From Leucoraja erinacea (lineage: Eukaryota), in contig NC_073390.1 in the NCBI RefSeq assembly GCF_028641065.1, forward strand, positions 32,550,001 to 32,614,000: DNA of 64,000 nucleotides, in the 5' to 3' direction. Below are positions 12,381-25,544 of the stretch, piece after piece (the first letter of the stretch is position 1; each line of letters starts with the position of its first letter). The position numbers were made by a program, and so were the translations under genes. The notes below the pieces were generated by a model. The model was given only the letters and a program-made list of their open reading frames with translations. It was not told the origin of the DNA and made no database searches.

Positions 12381-14299
12381 TCCGACACCAAAAACCTAGG
12401 AAGAATTACACAAAAAAACCTGCTGTTACCCAATACCCTAGCCAAACCCTCTTGAGCCCCAACACTGCACTCCCGCTCATCATAGCACTTCAACTCAACA
12501 CAGCCCCTCTCCCAACACGGCCACCCTGCTAAGCCTTTCCTTCCTTCTATGGGCTGCCATAACAGCTGTGCATTGCCCAAAGGACTGTGATCTACAAGCA
12601 ATTCACAGAGGCAGTAGTAAGCATTTTGCACTGGTTGTACATTGGATGTACAAGCCTATTCCACAGGGACCTGCACAAGCAAAGCAAGGATTAGTCTCAT
12701 CCACTTTTATCAAGAAATTGCATAATTTGTCCGAACTGATTCATAAATGATTCAATATTTGGAAAATATTGAATCATTTTCTTGCTTGGGATTGCAAATA
12801 CCTTCAGTTAAGGGATCAAGGAGTCCAAACAATGGAACAAAATAAATCACAGTAACAGGAGCTTGAAAACAGATGACGGTTTGTTTTATGAAGTTAGTAA
12901 TTAATTAACAGGTGATCCTTCAAGTGATAATTCCTAGGGAGATGGCAATTCAGTTTTTGTCAGCACATATATTTCTGATGATAAAACCATTTTGGGACAA
13001 ACCTTTTGAGGGGTCAATAGGCTTCGGTCACTGAAGTGAACAACCTTTGGGAGATTGGAATATGCATGACCAGGTCATGCAGGGGATTCCAGATTCCCAG
13101 GGATATTGAAAAAGAGTAGCATTTTAGATATTTAGCTCTGCTATTAGACTGACCATAACCATGATTGGAGAATTCAATTTTTTTTTCTCAACATATTTAC
13201 AACAAATTCTATTAATAATGTTTGCATTGGCTGAAAGAAAGCGGTTAAAATGTAGGTAACAATTCTCATTCCCTTCCCATTGTACACCAATTTCCATCTG
13301 CTGTCAGCCAGTGAGCAGAACACTCAACCTCAAGGGTACAATCAGGTATGGAGAACAAATCCACTGATGTCTTGAGAAGCCTGCTTACATTTTTAGTTCA
13401 AAGAGAAGAAAAGGGGCAGTTTTCCAAAATCAGCCCAAATTGGTTGCTGGAGGATCTGAATAACTCTTTCAGATTGTTTGTTATTGGTGTTTCAGAAGGA
13501 ATCCTTTGCCCTCCCCACATCTCACCCTCTCCTAACCACAGCCTAACCTCCAAGTGTCCAAAATCCCAAATCCCATCCATTAGCTGAGTTCTTGCATGAG
13601 TAAACATTGAAATTAAAACTGACTGTTAAAATGTGGGCAAAAAAGCATTCTGAAGAAACTCCGCAATGGATCTGTGGAGAGAAATGGACAGAAGTTTGGG
13701 GTTGGGGCCCTTGGATTTGAAGCCTTTTCAAAATGCATGGCTAATTTTTAACTTGTGGCGCTAGGCGAGCAATAATCAACATTGCTGATGCCAACATTGA
13801 GTGGGAATGTATTTGGTCTGGAGATGTGGTCAAACTCAGGATGATCAAATAATGTAATAATTTACTGGAAATTGATATGGCACTGTTGCAATGCTAATAT
13901 ATTACACAATATGACAATGTAACAACTCACTAACATCTTACAAAACTCCTTCCATATGGTAAGGGTGCAACAACAGGCCTGTACAGTGAGGAAATATATT
14001 TTTGACCATTGCTGCAAGAATATTAAAACAGCTGCATAGTTTTCTCCCTTTTTAAGGTGTTGCCAATCTCAGACTTCATCTGATAATAGATTGTGTTAAT
14101 TGCACCTGGTTCTTACCATGTACCAACTGTGAGTAAACACCACCCCAGCAAATGAAGCTTTGGGGGTTATAATTTTGAAGATTCTGCTTACATAAAAGAT
14201 CAGCAAAGGGATTGTAACAAGCTTATCTATTCTGACCTCCCCTGCTGTGTGATTAAAAGATAAAGCATGGAACCTGGCCCTTAGGCCCAAAGATACTAG

Positions 14300-14596
14300 A
14301 GCATACTATGATCTTTCCTTAGGCCCACTTAGTCCACACCGATTATCAATCACCCATTCGCACCAGTTCTATGTCATCCTACTTTCACCTCCACTCTCTA
14401 CACATTAGAGGCTATTTTACAGAGGCAAATTCACCTACAAACCCACTGGTCTTTGCAATATGAGAGGAAACTGGTGCATTCGAAGGAAACCCACAGTTAC
14501 AGGGGGAACATGCAAACACTTTACAGACAACGCCCGAGGTCAGGATCGAACCCGTCTCTGGCACTGTGAGGTAGCAGCTCTACCAACTTTGCCAGT
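14300..14596 (-). mobile_element. tRNA-derived V-SINE (HE1-like), diverged
   Basis: Reverse complement of a B-box-like GGGTTCGATCCTG and a V-domain-like CAGTTTCCTCTCA. Confidence 0.65.
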
Positions 14597-14699
14597 GTAT
14601 GAAATGCGCATGGTATCATTGTGACTGCATGAGTTTCCTTCAGCATTGATCCCTAAATGTGGCAGCATAGGCAGGTAGGGCAGTGACGGTAGCATGCAG

Positions 14700-15200
14700 G
14701 ATTCATGAGCCAAAGCATAACATTCTAAAAGCATGGAGATTATGAAATAATATTATAAAACTTTGTTTGGGCCACAAGCTAAATTTTTATGTACAGTTTT
14801 GGTCACCAAGTTATAGAAAGGACATGTCTGCACTGGGGAACATGCAGATGTGATTTACCAGGTTGTTGCCTGGGATGGAGCATATTAATGATTAAGGTGA
14901 AACTGTAGACTGGGGTTGTTTCCTTTGGCGTGTAAGAGGCTAAGGGAGGACTTGATAGAAGGGTGCAAAATATAAGGGACATAAATCCATCTAAAATAAG
15001 ATGGATAGTAAGAACATTTTCTCCATAAAAGAAGACATCTAAAACTAGAGGGAAGAGATTTAACTTGAGGACTAAGAGGGCTCGAGATGAAGTGGCCAAT
15101 GATTTCCACTTAGAGGGTGGTTACAATCTGAAACACATTGCCTGGGGTGGTAGCATGGACGGGAGGGCAGAAGGACTTATTTCTGTGCTCTATGTCCCTA
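14700..15200 (+). mobile_element. Degenerate CR1 LINE 3' fragment
   Basis: Similar to the 7199 copy (CAGTTTTGGTCACC, ACTAGAGGG, AGGGTGGTT). Confidence 0.6.
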
Positions 15201-16271
15201 CACCAAAGCTGTGTGCTGCTTGTCAGGTTATATGGCAAATATAAACTATCTCTAGTGAAGGCAGTTGCTGAAATAATCAGGATTTTAAAGGGTGGGAGAA
15301 GGACTTTTCTTCAAGAGCCAGCACAGATCAATGGGCCGCATTGGTGCCTTCTATGAAATAGGGAATGTTAGGAAAAATGAAAATCTGGGACCTATTTTAT
15401 TTGTAGGTGGCTGGCACACTTTGTACTACATAACCATAAACTAAATAAAAAATAATCTAGTCATACTTTGGGAACAACATTTTAATCAGAATGGTTAATC
15501 AGATGCAATTGATTTGCTTGTATTCTGTATCCCTCTGTATTGCCTTGGCCTGAGTACACCTTAGCTATTAATCTTGTTTGATACTAACAAATGGTCAGGG
15601 TAAGAATTTGCATTAAAAACTATATCAAGAGGTATTGCATTTAATCAATGCTACAAATTTCAAATTGGCCTGATCAGGTAAGTGTATAGACTGGGACAAA
15701 TCACACTATGAGAATGACAAAAAGAATGAGTAATTTACATGAAATTAGCATTGGAACAGTTCCATTTCAAAATAAATTGCACAATATGACCATGCAGCAC
15801 TTCACTAAACTCTTACAAAACCTCTTTCATACGGAAATAGTGGGTAATCACAAGGCTTATGCTGGGAGGAAATATATATTGGATAATTATTGAGAGCACA
15901 GTAAAACTAAGGAGCTCCGTGGAAGCTCTGTGATGGAGAGAAAGCAGATTTTCCCAGTTTAAGACATTGCCCATTGCAATCTTCATCCGGTGGCAAATTT
16001 TATTCACTGTTCTCAGAATCCCAACTGTAAGCAAGCACCCTAGCAATTGATGCAGACATTCCTGGGTTCAAGTAGCACATGCAGTCTTCTTCACGTAATC
16101 TAGACAAAGACTTGACTCCAGAAACATTGGATGTATAACGATTCAGAATGACATTTAACCGAGAATTGGGCAATCTATTCAGGTGGACACGAAATACCCA
16201 GCAGCACAATCTGAAGAGCTAACCCAGTAACTTCTATATTTGTCCCAGAGATCAACAATCAGTTTAACCAT

Positions 16272-16472
16272 AGGTTACAGCTGGAGAAACTCAGCGGGTG
16301 CAGCAGCATCTATGGAGCGAAGAAAATAGGCAACGTTTCGGGCCGAAACCCTTCTTCAGACCCGAAACGTTGCCTATTTCCTTCGCTCCATAGATGCTGC
16401 TGCACCCGCTGAGTTTCTCCAGCTTTTCTGTGTAACCTTCGATTCTCCATCATCTGCAGTTCCCTCTTAAAC
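16272..16472. mobile_element. Penelope pLTR-derived palindromic element
   Basis: Inverted pLTR halves; 14-bp TSD ATCAGTTTAACCAT (16258-16271 and 16473-16486). Confidence 0.8.
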
Positions 16473-18592
16473 ATCAGTTTAACCATGTTTGCTGCTTGCT
16501 GTACTGTGCTGTACACAAAGGCATCTGCAATGAGTAGGCACTTTATAAGTGATCCATTGCTGAGGTGCTTTGGTTGATTGAGGACACAGTGAAGTGCTAT
16601 CTAATGGTCATTTTTTTTGCCTCCAGTTATGGTTCATTGTCAGGTCGGCACGACAATCAGAATCATGACAGGCGGTAAACTTCCCTTGCTAGACCATAAA
16701 CTGATGGAAACACAATGCCGGTGAGAATTACAAATTCCAGAACTTGAATTCCAAATCCTGCAAACAACTCTGGGTTGCATCTTCTTACTAAAAATGAAAA
16801 GTTAATACATATAATTTTATTTTAACTATCAGATCATGTTATGAAACTGAATGTGTGCTTCCCCATCAATGTTCTTTCAGAAACACCTATGCAACTTGCA
16901 TTCACTTACTTGAATTACATTAATTGTGAAAATTCAATGAAGTGACAAAAGCTCATAGCTCACTGAAAGTTGTGACATGCATGAAAAATACATTTGTACG
17001 GAACACGCTCTCATATGCCTGAAAAGCAGACTGTTTTTTAATTTAGCAAAATAAAAAAATGCTGGAGAAACTCAACAGGTCAGGCAGCATCTGGAAAAGG
17101 AATATGCAGGCAATGTTTCGGGAGGGCCCTCTCTTCGGACCCGACGCGAAATATAACCTGTCCATTCCATCTCTGGATGCTGCTTAACCTGCTGAGTTCC
17201 TCCAGCACTTGAGTTTTGCTCAAGATTCCAGCAGCTACAGTCTCTTGCATCTGTTTTCTTTTTATTTTCTTTCTCAGCAGACTTCACAAGAAAACATTGC
17301 AAATAAAACAGTGATGACAGTAAAGCTTCCAACTGGTGGTCACTTAACATTGATGTGACTAGTACGTACATGTAACTCACTACAGCTTTGAAAACCTAAA
17401 AGCATATGGTAGCTGTTCTGTCTTGACTGCATTCCTTCCTGCATTACAGGTCTCACCTACGTTACAAATGCCCATCCATACAAATGAGCATCTGAGAGTT
17501 CAGTGGGATGGATTTGTTGCCTGCTGCAGGCATCTTCTGCTGTGCGGACTTCGTTTTGACAATATCTGAATATTGTATTAAACAGCCTGGTCTAACTACC
17601 TGTTGTCCTTGGATGGCCTATGTTTTAATTTAAATATATTGCTGAACAGCCACATTTCCGGCTTGCAAAACTGTTCAGATTACAAAGAGTTCTCAGGAAT
17701 GGCACACTATTGTAACTCAAATGTGATTTAGACAATTGAGCTTTGGGACAGAGTAGCCAATTTTCTGAGTAGTATAAATGGAGAGGGGAAATCTCAATTG
17801 TAATACGGTGGCAATCTATAAGCCATAATATTCAAATATTACATTCTCAACACATAGGTATTATGTGGAAAATCTTATTTGCATCACAAAGTTAAATCTA
17901 TAGATTATGAATCAAGGCTGACATAGCAAATTCAAAGTATGTGAGTAGCTACTAAAAATTCCCATTTGGCTCCAGAAAAGAGCTAGCCAAGGGCCTAAAA
18001 GGGGGAGCGGACCGAGCTGGACAAGAGCAAGGTGTTCATGGCTGCTGGTAAATTGCAAGGACGTTGCTGGTTAATCTTCAGCAGTTTCCATTGCGCACAT
18101 TCTGAGCTTGCTTTGACAGCATTTCCAGTTTTGAGTAACTCTGAAGATATGCGCCTTGTATGAGAAAAAGAAGCACTTCAACTCTGTACACTATGAAGAC
18201 TATACCGTGATAATGGATTTTAAGCATGACAGGTGAATTTGGCTGACACAATTTTTGTTTTGGTGATTCGTCCTTCAGATAGGAGGTAGTGCGAAAGGTG
18301 GAGGTGTTTTAAAAAGTTTAAATAAGTCGGCTTCAAACAGCTGAAAATTTAGATTTCAATTTTTGAGGCTGCTAAATGTCTGCCCAACGCTACCATTTTG
18401 AAATGCTCCTCTTCATTTCTAACCAGGCAGTTCTGTAGTCTAATTTCAGTTTACAATTCACAGTACTTTGCGGTTTTGTAGAAATTCAAGGTCTTGCTGT
18501 AAATTCTTCCTCCTCCTGAGCACAGTTATTGCTTCAGTCCTTGTTCCTCTTAATCCATTCGGGAATCTTTGAAAATAAATGCAGCTTTTTCC

Positions 18593-18707
18593 CTATGAGG
18601 GTCCATTTCCTCCAGTTCCAGGACCCTTATTCCTTAGATCATGCCACACCTTCACCAGAGGTTCCCTGTTCTTCCAGATCAGCTCGTGGCCATGAAAGAT
18701 ATACCAA
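18593..18707 (-). CDS. PARL: PARL exon 10 (terminal)
   Basis: AG acceptor at 18709-18708; WYIFHGHELIWKNREPLVKVWHDLRNKGPGTGGNGPS*. Confidence 0.95.
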
Positions 18708-19619
18708 CTGGAAGAAAACGTTACTTTTTTTAAGCAAATGCCTATGCTACAAATGACAATGCCACTTCAAACAATTTACTTAGTTCAAATATTAAACTGA
18801 AGTACATACTCATTGCGTTGTTACATGTCTCTTCAGGAATTAAGATATATTCGGCTACCAAAAATATGCTTGAACTTTAACTAATTTGCATAGATTTCAT
18901 TTTAAGGCTGTATTTTAATCACATTCTTTTTTATGGACAGATCAATCTCATTTATTAATTTCTGAACTGTCTCAGGATCTGTGTGTGAAGAAATTTAATG
19001 GAACAATATTTTATATTTTTTGAGCAAACACAAAGTGCTGAAGGAACTCGACAGCTCAGGCAGCAACTGTAAAAGGAAAGGACACACACTATGTTTTGGG
19101 CCGAGATCCTTCTTCAGATTGGGCCTGAAGAAAGATCCCAACCCAAAACTTTGTGTCTCCATTCCTTTCATAGATGCGATACGATATAACTTTATTTATC
19201 CCAGGAGGGAAATTGATCTGCCAACAATCATAAAACACAAAATACATGAAACATGAAATTAAAGTGATGAGTGGAAAGGGTTGGGGATGTACGTACATTG
19301 AGGAGGGGAGTCAATCAACCTCACGACAGAAGGGGGAGAAGTTGTACAAGTGTCACAGGAAAGAAGGATCTCCTGTGGTGTTCTGTATTTCATCTTGATG
19401 GAACTAGTCTGTTGCTGAAGGTACTCCTCAGGTTGACCAGTGTGTCATCCTGAGCTACTGAGTTCCTGCAGCACTTTATGTTTTGCTGGAGATTCTAGCA
19501 TCTGCAGTATCTTGCATCTCCTGTGTTATAATTTTGTTGTATGTACCATAGTAATTTCAACAATAATAATCAATATATATATGATTTGAAAACATAACAG
19601 CTAGAACAGGGCTATGAAA

Positions 19620-20028
19620 CATATATAACCATATAACAATTACAGCACGGAAAACAGGCCATCTCGGCCCTTCAAGTCCGTGCCGAACACTTATTTTCCC
19701 CTAGTCCCATCTACCTGCACTCAGACCATAACCCTCCATTCCTTTCCCGTCCATATACCTATCCAATTTATTTTTAAATGATAAAATTGAACCTACCTCC
19801 ACCACTTCCACTGGAACCTCATTGCACACAGCTACCACTCTCTGAGTAAAGAAGTTCCCCCTCATGTTACCCCTAAACTTCTGTCCCTTAATTCTCAAGT
19901 CATGTCCTCTTGTTTGAATCTTCCCTACTCTCAATGGGAAAAGCTTATCCACGTCAACTCTGTCCATCCCTCTCATCATTTTAAAGACCTCTATCAACCT
20001 TTTGCGCTCCAAAGAATACAGACCTAAA
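19620..20028 (-). mobile_element. CR1 LINE 3' end
   Basis: LIEVFKMMRG...TRGHDL...FFTQRVV, plus tail; same subfamily as 1-938 and 45507-45812. Confidence 0.85.
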
Positions 20029-20350
20029 GAAATATAGTATCCTGCCGGGCTGAGTCACAAGTACAGCACCATATCATGTAAATCAGTCATACAGCATGGA
20101 CATGCCCTTTGGCCTAATTCCTCCATGCCGATCAAGGAGCCTACCCGAGCTTGTCCCATTTGCCTGTATTTGGCCTATATGACCCTTCTTAAGAGTCCTT
20201 TGCCATTTATAAAATGCAGCTAAGCTAAGCGAAGGAGATATGTGCACTTCTCGGGTGATGGGATGTCTGAACGTTGTATTGTAGAAATCACATGGAAGGG
20301 AGAGGCAAGTAGGTTGCCCGGAGAGTTTGCATCTTTTCCTTAATAACCTT

Positions 20351-20648
20351 GGGGCTGTACTGTGGTGCAGCGTTTGAGTTGCTGCCTTGTAGCGCCAGAT
20401 ACCTGGGTTTTATCCTGAGTGTTGTCTGTACGGATTTTGTACGTTCTCACTGTGACCACGTGGGGTTTCGCCAGGAGCTCCGGTTTCCTCCCACACTACA
20501 AAGACGTACAGGTTTGTAGGCTTTGGTAAAGATTGTAAATTGTCCCTAGTGTGTAGGATAGTAATAGTGTATGGAGATCGCTGGTTGGCGCGGACTCAGT
20601 GGGCGGAAGGGCCTATTTCTGCACTGTATATCTAAACTAAATTAAACC
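20351..20648 (+). mobile_element. tRNA-derived V-SINE (HE1-like)
   Basis: tRNA-like head, V-domain GCTCCGGTTTCCTCCCACA and CTAAACTAAA tail. Confidence 0.75.
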
Positions 20649-20846
20649 AATGGAATGTAGTTGCAGCACCCCATTTTCATTCAACTGGAAATTTACTAAT
20701 TGCCTTTAATAGATTAGTCTGATATTCACCATTTTATTTTACAACCAATATATATTGAACCCATTTGAAAAGCTATATTTTTATGTCATAGAAGAAATTG
20801 CTGATTGGATTTAAAATATATTACAATGAAATCATTTGAGACTCAC

Positions 20847-20944
20847 ATTCCAAAAAGTGCACCACCTAAGTGAGCTGCATGGTCAAAAAATCTCCATCCC
20901 AAAATTAGGCCTGCTGTATCCATGGCAATAATTGCTTTCAGAGC
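20847..20944 (-). CDS. PARL: PARL exon 9 (catalytic His)
   Basis: 98 nt, AG/GT flanked; ALKAIIAMDTAGLILGWRFFDHAAHLGGALFG. Confidence 0.96.
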
Positions 20945-21275
20945 CTACAAAAGGGGAATAAAAGACAGATGAAAACACTTCTGCAAAAAACTACTACAAC
21001 TGCCCACCTTAGGAAAACATGGAATTTTGTTCTTAAACAATAACAATCCAATCTTTCAACTCTAAAAATCAGTGCTTAATCAAGTTATACTTTGCTCTGC
21101 AAGAAATGCAATGTCAGTCACAAATCATGAGATGATGATTAATGGGTAATAATTACATCAAATTACCTATTTTCTAATTGACGCGAGAGTTTTGTTCTCA
21201 TCGTTATGAGATTACGCACTGCTGTGCACAGCAATTGCACTGAAGCCAATCTTAATTTAAATAACTGTCATTATA

Positions 21276-21480
21276 AAGGTCCTCCCAGTTCACGATCATC
21301 TGATTTATGTGCACCTTGTTCATATGAACAAGCACTTGGGAGACCGGTGGGATCGGTTTGCTAGCCGTTGTGTCCTGCCATGTGCAAACTCAATTCGCAA
21401 CCAAATTCCTGACTTGTGATCTGCTCGGTTTATGAACAGCATTTCACAATGGAACCCTGTCGTAATTTGGGGATGACCTG
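21276..21480. mobile_element. Old Tigger/Tc1-mariner-like MITE
   Basis: Imperfect TIRs (AAGGTCCTCCCAGTTCACG / CGTAATTTGGGGATGACCTG), preceded by TA. Confidence 0.4.
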
Positions 21481-21724
21481 GTCATACTATCTATGAAATG
21501 GTGTTTACCACATAAATATATGACGTCAAGTAGTTAGGGTTCTTGACCAACAGCCCAGGATTAGAATCCCACCTTGTCAAGCTGAGATAGTGAATCATTA
21601 AATGGCAAGATCTGACAGATTATGCCACAGCTGCACAAATATTCTTCGGAGAACGAAAGCCAGCACTTTGCTATGACATAGCCCTGACCAAACTCAATGC
21701 TACTGGGCCACTATTCCCTTAGTG

Positions 21725-22320
21725 CAGGGGCCTCCAAACTTTTCAGCATGAGGGCCACGTTATATATTTGGCACATTTTTGTGGGCCATAGAAAAAAATA
21801 AAGAAATGTCACACACACACACACACACACACACACTGTGGGAGGGAAACGGACGGGGAGGGGGACGGACGGTGNNNNNNNNNNNNNNNNNNNNNNNNNN
21901 NNNNNNNNNNNNNNNNNNNNNNNNNNNNNNNNNNNNNNNNNNNNNNNNNNNNNNNNNNNNNNNNNNNNNNNNNNNNNNNNNNNNNNNNNNNNNNNNNNNN
22001 NNNNNNNNNNNNNNNNNNNNNNNNNNNNNNNNNNNNNNNNNNNNNNNNNNNNNNNNNNNNNNNNNNNNNNNNNNNNNNNNNNNNNNNNNNNNNNNNNNNN
22101 NNNNNNNNNNNNNNNNNNNNNNNNNNNNNNNNNNNNNNNNNNNNNNNNNNNNNNNNNNNNNNNNNNNNNNNNNNNNNNNNNNNNNNNNNNNNNNNNNNNN
22201 NNNNNTAGAGAGAGGGATCTCCAAAACTGCGCTACCACAGAACCTACCGCTTGCTACGGGCCAGATAAAATCTCGTGGCGGGCCGAATGTGCCCCTCGGG
22301 CCATAGAGTAGAGAACCCTG
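21725..22320. mobile_element. hAT (Charlie/SPIN-like) non-autonomous element spanning an assembly gap
   Basis: Starts CAGGGGCCTCCAAACTTTT and ends GAGAACCCTG; 8-bp TSD CCTTAGTG / TCTTAGTG (7 of 8 match). Confidence 0.7.
21875..22204. other. Assembly gap (N run)
   Basis: Run of N. Confidence 1.
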
Positions 22321-22408
22321 TCTTAGTGTATAGCAGCAAACAAACAGCGACTAGATACCAAATAAAAAGCTAATTGCACTAAATTTATAAAGTTCAGCCA
22401 ACACTTAC

Positions 22409-22510
22409 GCTGCTGGCTGTAAAGGTGAACATCGGCAGTAGGATTATAGCCAGCTTTGCTTCAGGCATTTTGGAGCAGACTGCAGCAAGTACAGCCATTA
22501 TTGCACCAGA
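22409..22510 (-). CDS. PARL: PARL exon 8 (catalytic Ser at the exon start)
   Basis: 102 nt, AG/GT flanked; SGAIMAVLAAVCSKMPEAKLAIILLPMFTFTASS. Confidence 0.96.
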
Positions 22511-23282
22511 CTGGAAAGAGAAGACAAAACAGTAGTTTAAAAAAGTTTGACCAATATTAAGGTAGCAAAAGAGTAATTTCTGGTAATAAAAAATATACCA
22601 GAGGTTTGCTGATTTCACGCAGCATCAGAAGATGTTACTCGAAGATTTTTTATTTTTATTTCCTCAAACATTATTTTTTTAAATAATTTGATTTATTTTA
22701 AAATTTTTGAATGTCAAAAACATCAATGATTTCTTGATAGTTGACAGTCAGGGAGTATGGCTGAGTCTCTTTAAAACATTGTTTTTTGAGTATTTCTATG
22801 GGCAGTAGGTATTCTGGCATCTCCCAACAGTGTGATTTAGGCAATGCCCTTATAACAGGGACAAGGTGAACATGGCATCAAAATATTCTCTAAGAGGTCT
22901 GCTCAAGACATGCATGGACTTAGAAGACCAATTAGTCACTGACAGATGAATATTTCAAAATCAACCAGATAACAGTTTCATGGAACTGATTGGGGAGAGC
23001 AGGATAACATGGTTAATGTAATCAGATGAATAAGTAAAGGATCAGTTGGGAGTATTTAGTTTATAACAGATAGATAAACGATGAGTCCAGCTGGAAAACT
23101 GGAAAAAAAACAAAATGCGACTTGCAGGACACATTAAACCTTTACTTCCATGAGGTTATTTTCCAGATTAGTTCACAAAGGCTGTTGATGCAAGGACGTT
23201 CAATAATTGTTCATGGTGAAACTTCACAAATATCTTAATGAGCAGCACATTGTTAATTAATTAAAATTACTAGTATACTCAC

Positions 23283-23353
23283 AGCTCCAAGGGATGCGCC
23301 CAATCGACCAGTGGCCGTTTTATATAAATAACTTGAAAATGTAGAAATAACCC
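23283..23353 (-). CDS. PARL: PARL exon 7
   Basis: 71 nt, AG/GT flanked; GVISTFSSYLYKTATGRLGASLGA, which joins exon 8 to give the rhomboid GASG motif. Confidence 0.95.
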
Positions 23354-23565
23354 CTAGAAAGAGAAAAAAAGACATATGGCAATGAACATATTGACTAGCT
23401 AATGTACAGAAAATGTCAGTTAAGAAGTGAAAGGTATATTGGAATAAATGAGACAAATAAAAATATCAGGGCAAAAGTTAAGAGGAATAAAAATTTCACA
23501 AAAGTAACTCTGCCCTTCCTCTAATTCAGTAAATAAACAATATGGGGATCAGTCACAAAAAAAAA

Positions 23566-23768
23566 CATTAGGGGCAATTTACAGAGACCAATTAACTCAC
23601 AAACAAGAACATCTATCGGAAGTGGGAAGAAACCGGAGCATCCAGAGGTAACCCACGCTGTCACAGGGAGAACGTGCAAACTCCAGGCAGATAGCACCCG
23701 GGATCAGGATCAAACCGGGTCTCTGCCGCCTTGAGCCGACACTATCAGCTGCGCCATTGCGCAGCCCC
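23566..23768 (-). mobile_element. V-SINE (HE1-like)
   Basis: Reverse complement of a tRNA-like head and V-domain (GCTCCGGTTTCTTCCCAC). Confidence 0.7.
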
Positions 23769-24042
23769 GAAAATGTCTTCCTGATGTGAAGAAATAGATT
23801 TTATCTGATGTGTTAAACACTTTATGCTGTACAAAATGCAATGTTATGATGTTAATCCAAAGCTTGGATTTGCTCTCGTATCCTGGGAGGCTCCTCTGGT
23901 ACCTCACTCTCCTGAATAGGATGCAGGGAAAGTCCAACAGGTAGCATTGGTCTCTTTCAATGTTATCTTTCTCGTGTGGAAGTTTCCTTAAGATCCAAAT
24001 ACACTGCCATAGATATTACATTTCAAAATGAAAGTGTGCTAC

Positions 24043-24192
24043 CTGCTGATAGGTAAACGGCCATGAACTGCTCCTGCCCGAGAAGTGATACGATGCTGGA
24101 GGAGAAACTCCATAACACATACATGTTTGCTGCCATGTGAAAGAACGAATAGTGGCTGAAAGTTGACAGGACCATAGGTAGGCACAGGGTTT
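24043..24192 (-). CDS. PARL: PARL exon 6
   Basis: 150 nt, AG/GT flanked; [51 protein letters not shown]. Confidence 0.96.
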
Positions 24193-24239
24193 CTAAAAGT
24201 AAAAAATAAAATTCTGCATGAGTTACATTCCTGTGCAGT

Positions 24240-24818
24240 AGAACATAGAACAGTACAGCACAGGAACGGGCCCTTTGGTTCACTATGTGTGTGTGAACAT
24301 GATCACATGATCCATATTCCTCTATTTCCTGCACTTCATGTGATTATCTAAAAGCCTCCTAAAGGCCACTATCGTATCTGCCTCCACCAGCACCTTTGGC
24401 AATGTGTTCCAGGCCCCCACCACTGTAAAATAAATTGCCCCATACATCTCCATTAAACTTTCCTCCTCTCACCTTATCGCAATGGACATTCCCACCATGG
24501 GGAAAAAGATTCTGACTGTCTACTTTAACAATGCGTCTTATAATTTCATATAGTTCTATCAAGTCTCCCCTTAACTTCTGATGCTCCAGAGAAATCAATC
24601 CAAAGTCTATGCAACCGATCTCTGTAGCTGAAACCCTCTAATTCAGGCCGCATTCTACCTTCCACCATAACAATCCTCTGTCTTCTAAGAATAAACCAGT
24701 TCTGAATCCATACGACCAAGTCATCGTGAATCTTATACATCTTAGTCTTCTGGATCAGCCTACCATGAGATACCTCATCAAAAGCCTTACTAAAATCCAT
24801 GTATACAACATCCACCAC
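24240..24818 (-). mobile_element. CR1 LINE fragment with internal deletion
   Basis: VDVVYMDFSKAFDEVSHGRL joined to LRGDLIE and a 3' tail. Confidence 0.75.
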
Positions 24819-25164
24819 CATTTTATGCTACACCAATACAAAACCAATATAAAACACAGATCAAATCCAGTTAGACTATACAGTCCAATTGTGGTCCCTA
24901 TACTTTACAAACTATATGAAAGCTTTGGAAAAGAGTTTCATTAAAATTATTCCAAGAAAGATGGATCATATAAATTAAAAACAGAAAGTATTGAAGTAAC
25001 TCAGCCATTCAGGCAGCATCACTGGAGAACATGGATAGGTGATGTTTCATGTCGGAACTCTTCTTCATACCAGAAACGTCGCTTATCCATGTTGACCTGA
25101 AAAGTCACCAACCATGTTCTCCAGGGATAATGTCTGACCTGCAGAGTTACTCCAGCTCTTTGAA

Positions 25165-25464
25165 TTTAGTATAGTTTAGTTTAAAAATACAGCGGGGAAA
25201 CAGGCCCTTCAGCCCACGCCAACCAGCGACTCCTGCACATTAACGCTACCCTAGGGACAATTTACACTTATACCAAGCCAATTAACCCACAAACCTGTAC
25301 GTCTTTGGAGTGTGGGAGGAAAACGAAGATCTCAGAGAAAACCCACACGGTCAGGGGGAGAACGTACAAACTCTGTACAGACAGCACCCGTAGTCAGGAT
25401 CGAACCCGGATGTCCGGCACCGCAAGCGCTGTAATGCAGCAACTCTGCCGCTGTGCCACCGTGA
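25165..25464 (-). mobile_element. V-SINE (HE1-like)
   Basis: Reverse complement of GGTGGCACAGCGG...GGGTTCGATCCTG, a V-domain and a CTAAACTA tail. Confidence 0.75.
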
Positions 25465-25544
25465 CGCTTGTGCTATTTTTTCCTGTAAACCAGCATCTAT
25501 CCAGTATATGATCCATCGTAGAAAGTTCCTTGTTTCTACATAGC

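Noticed and set aside
12900-13105. Homeodomain (TAATTAA) and EBF-like sites suggesting an olfactory enhancer
   Set aside because: Imperfect matches expected by chance, and more than 30 kb from the receptor genes.
16000-16209. 69-aa minus-strand ORF with a nearby AG and AATAAA
   Set aside because: No recognisable homology or partner exon; may be PARL 3' flank.
21711-22311. Long ORFs of 154-175 aa
   Set aside because: Artefacts of translating through an N gap; the same applies to 58442-58984.
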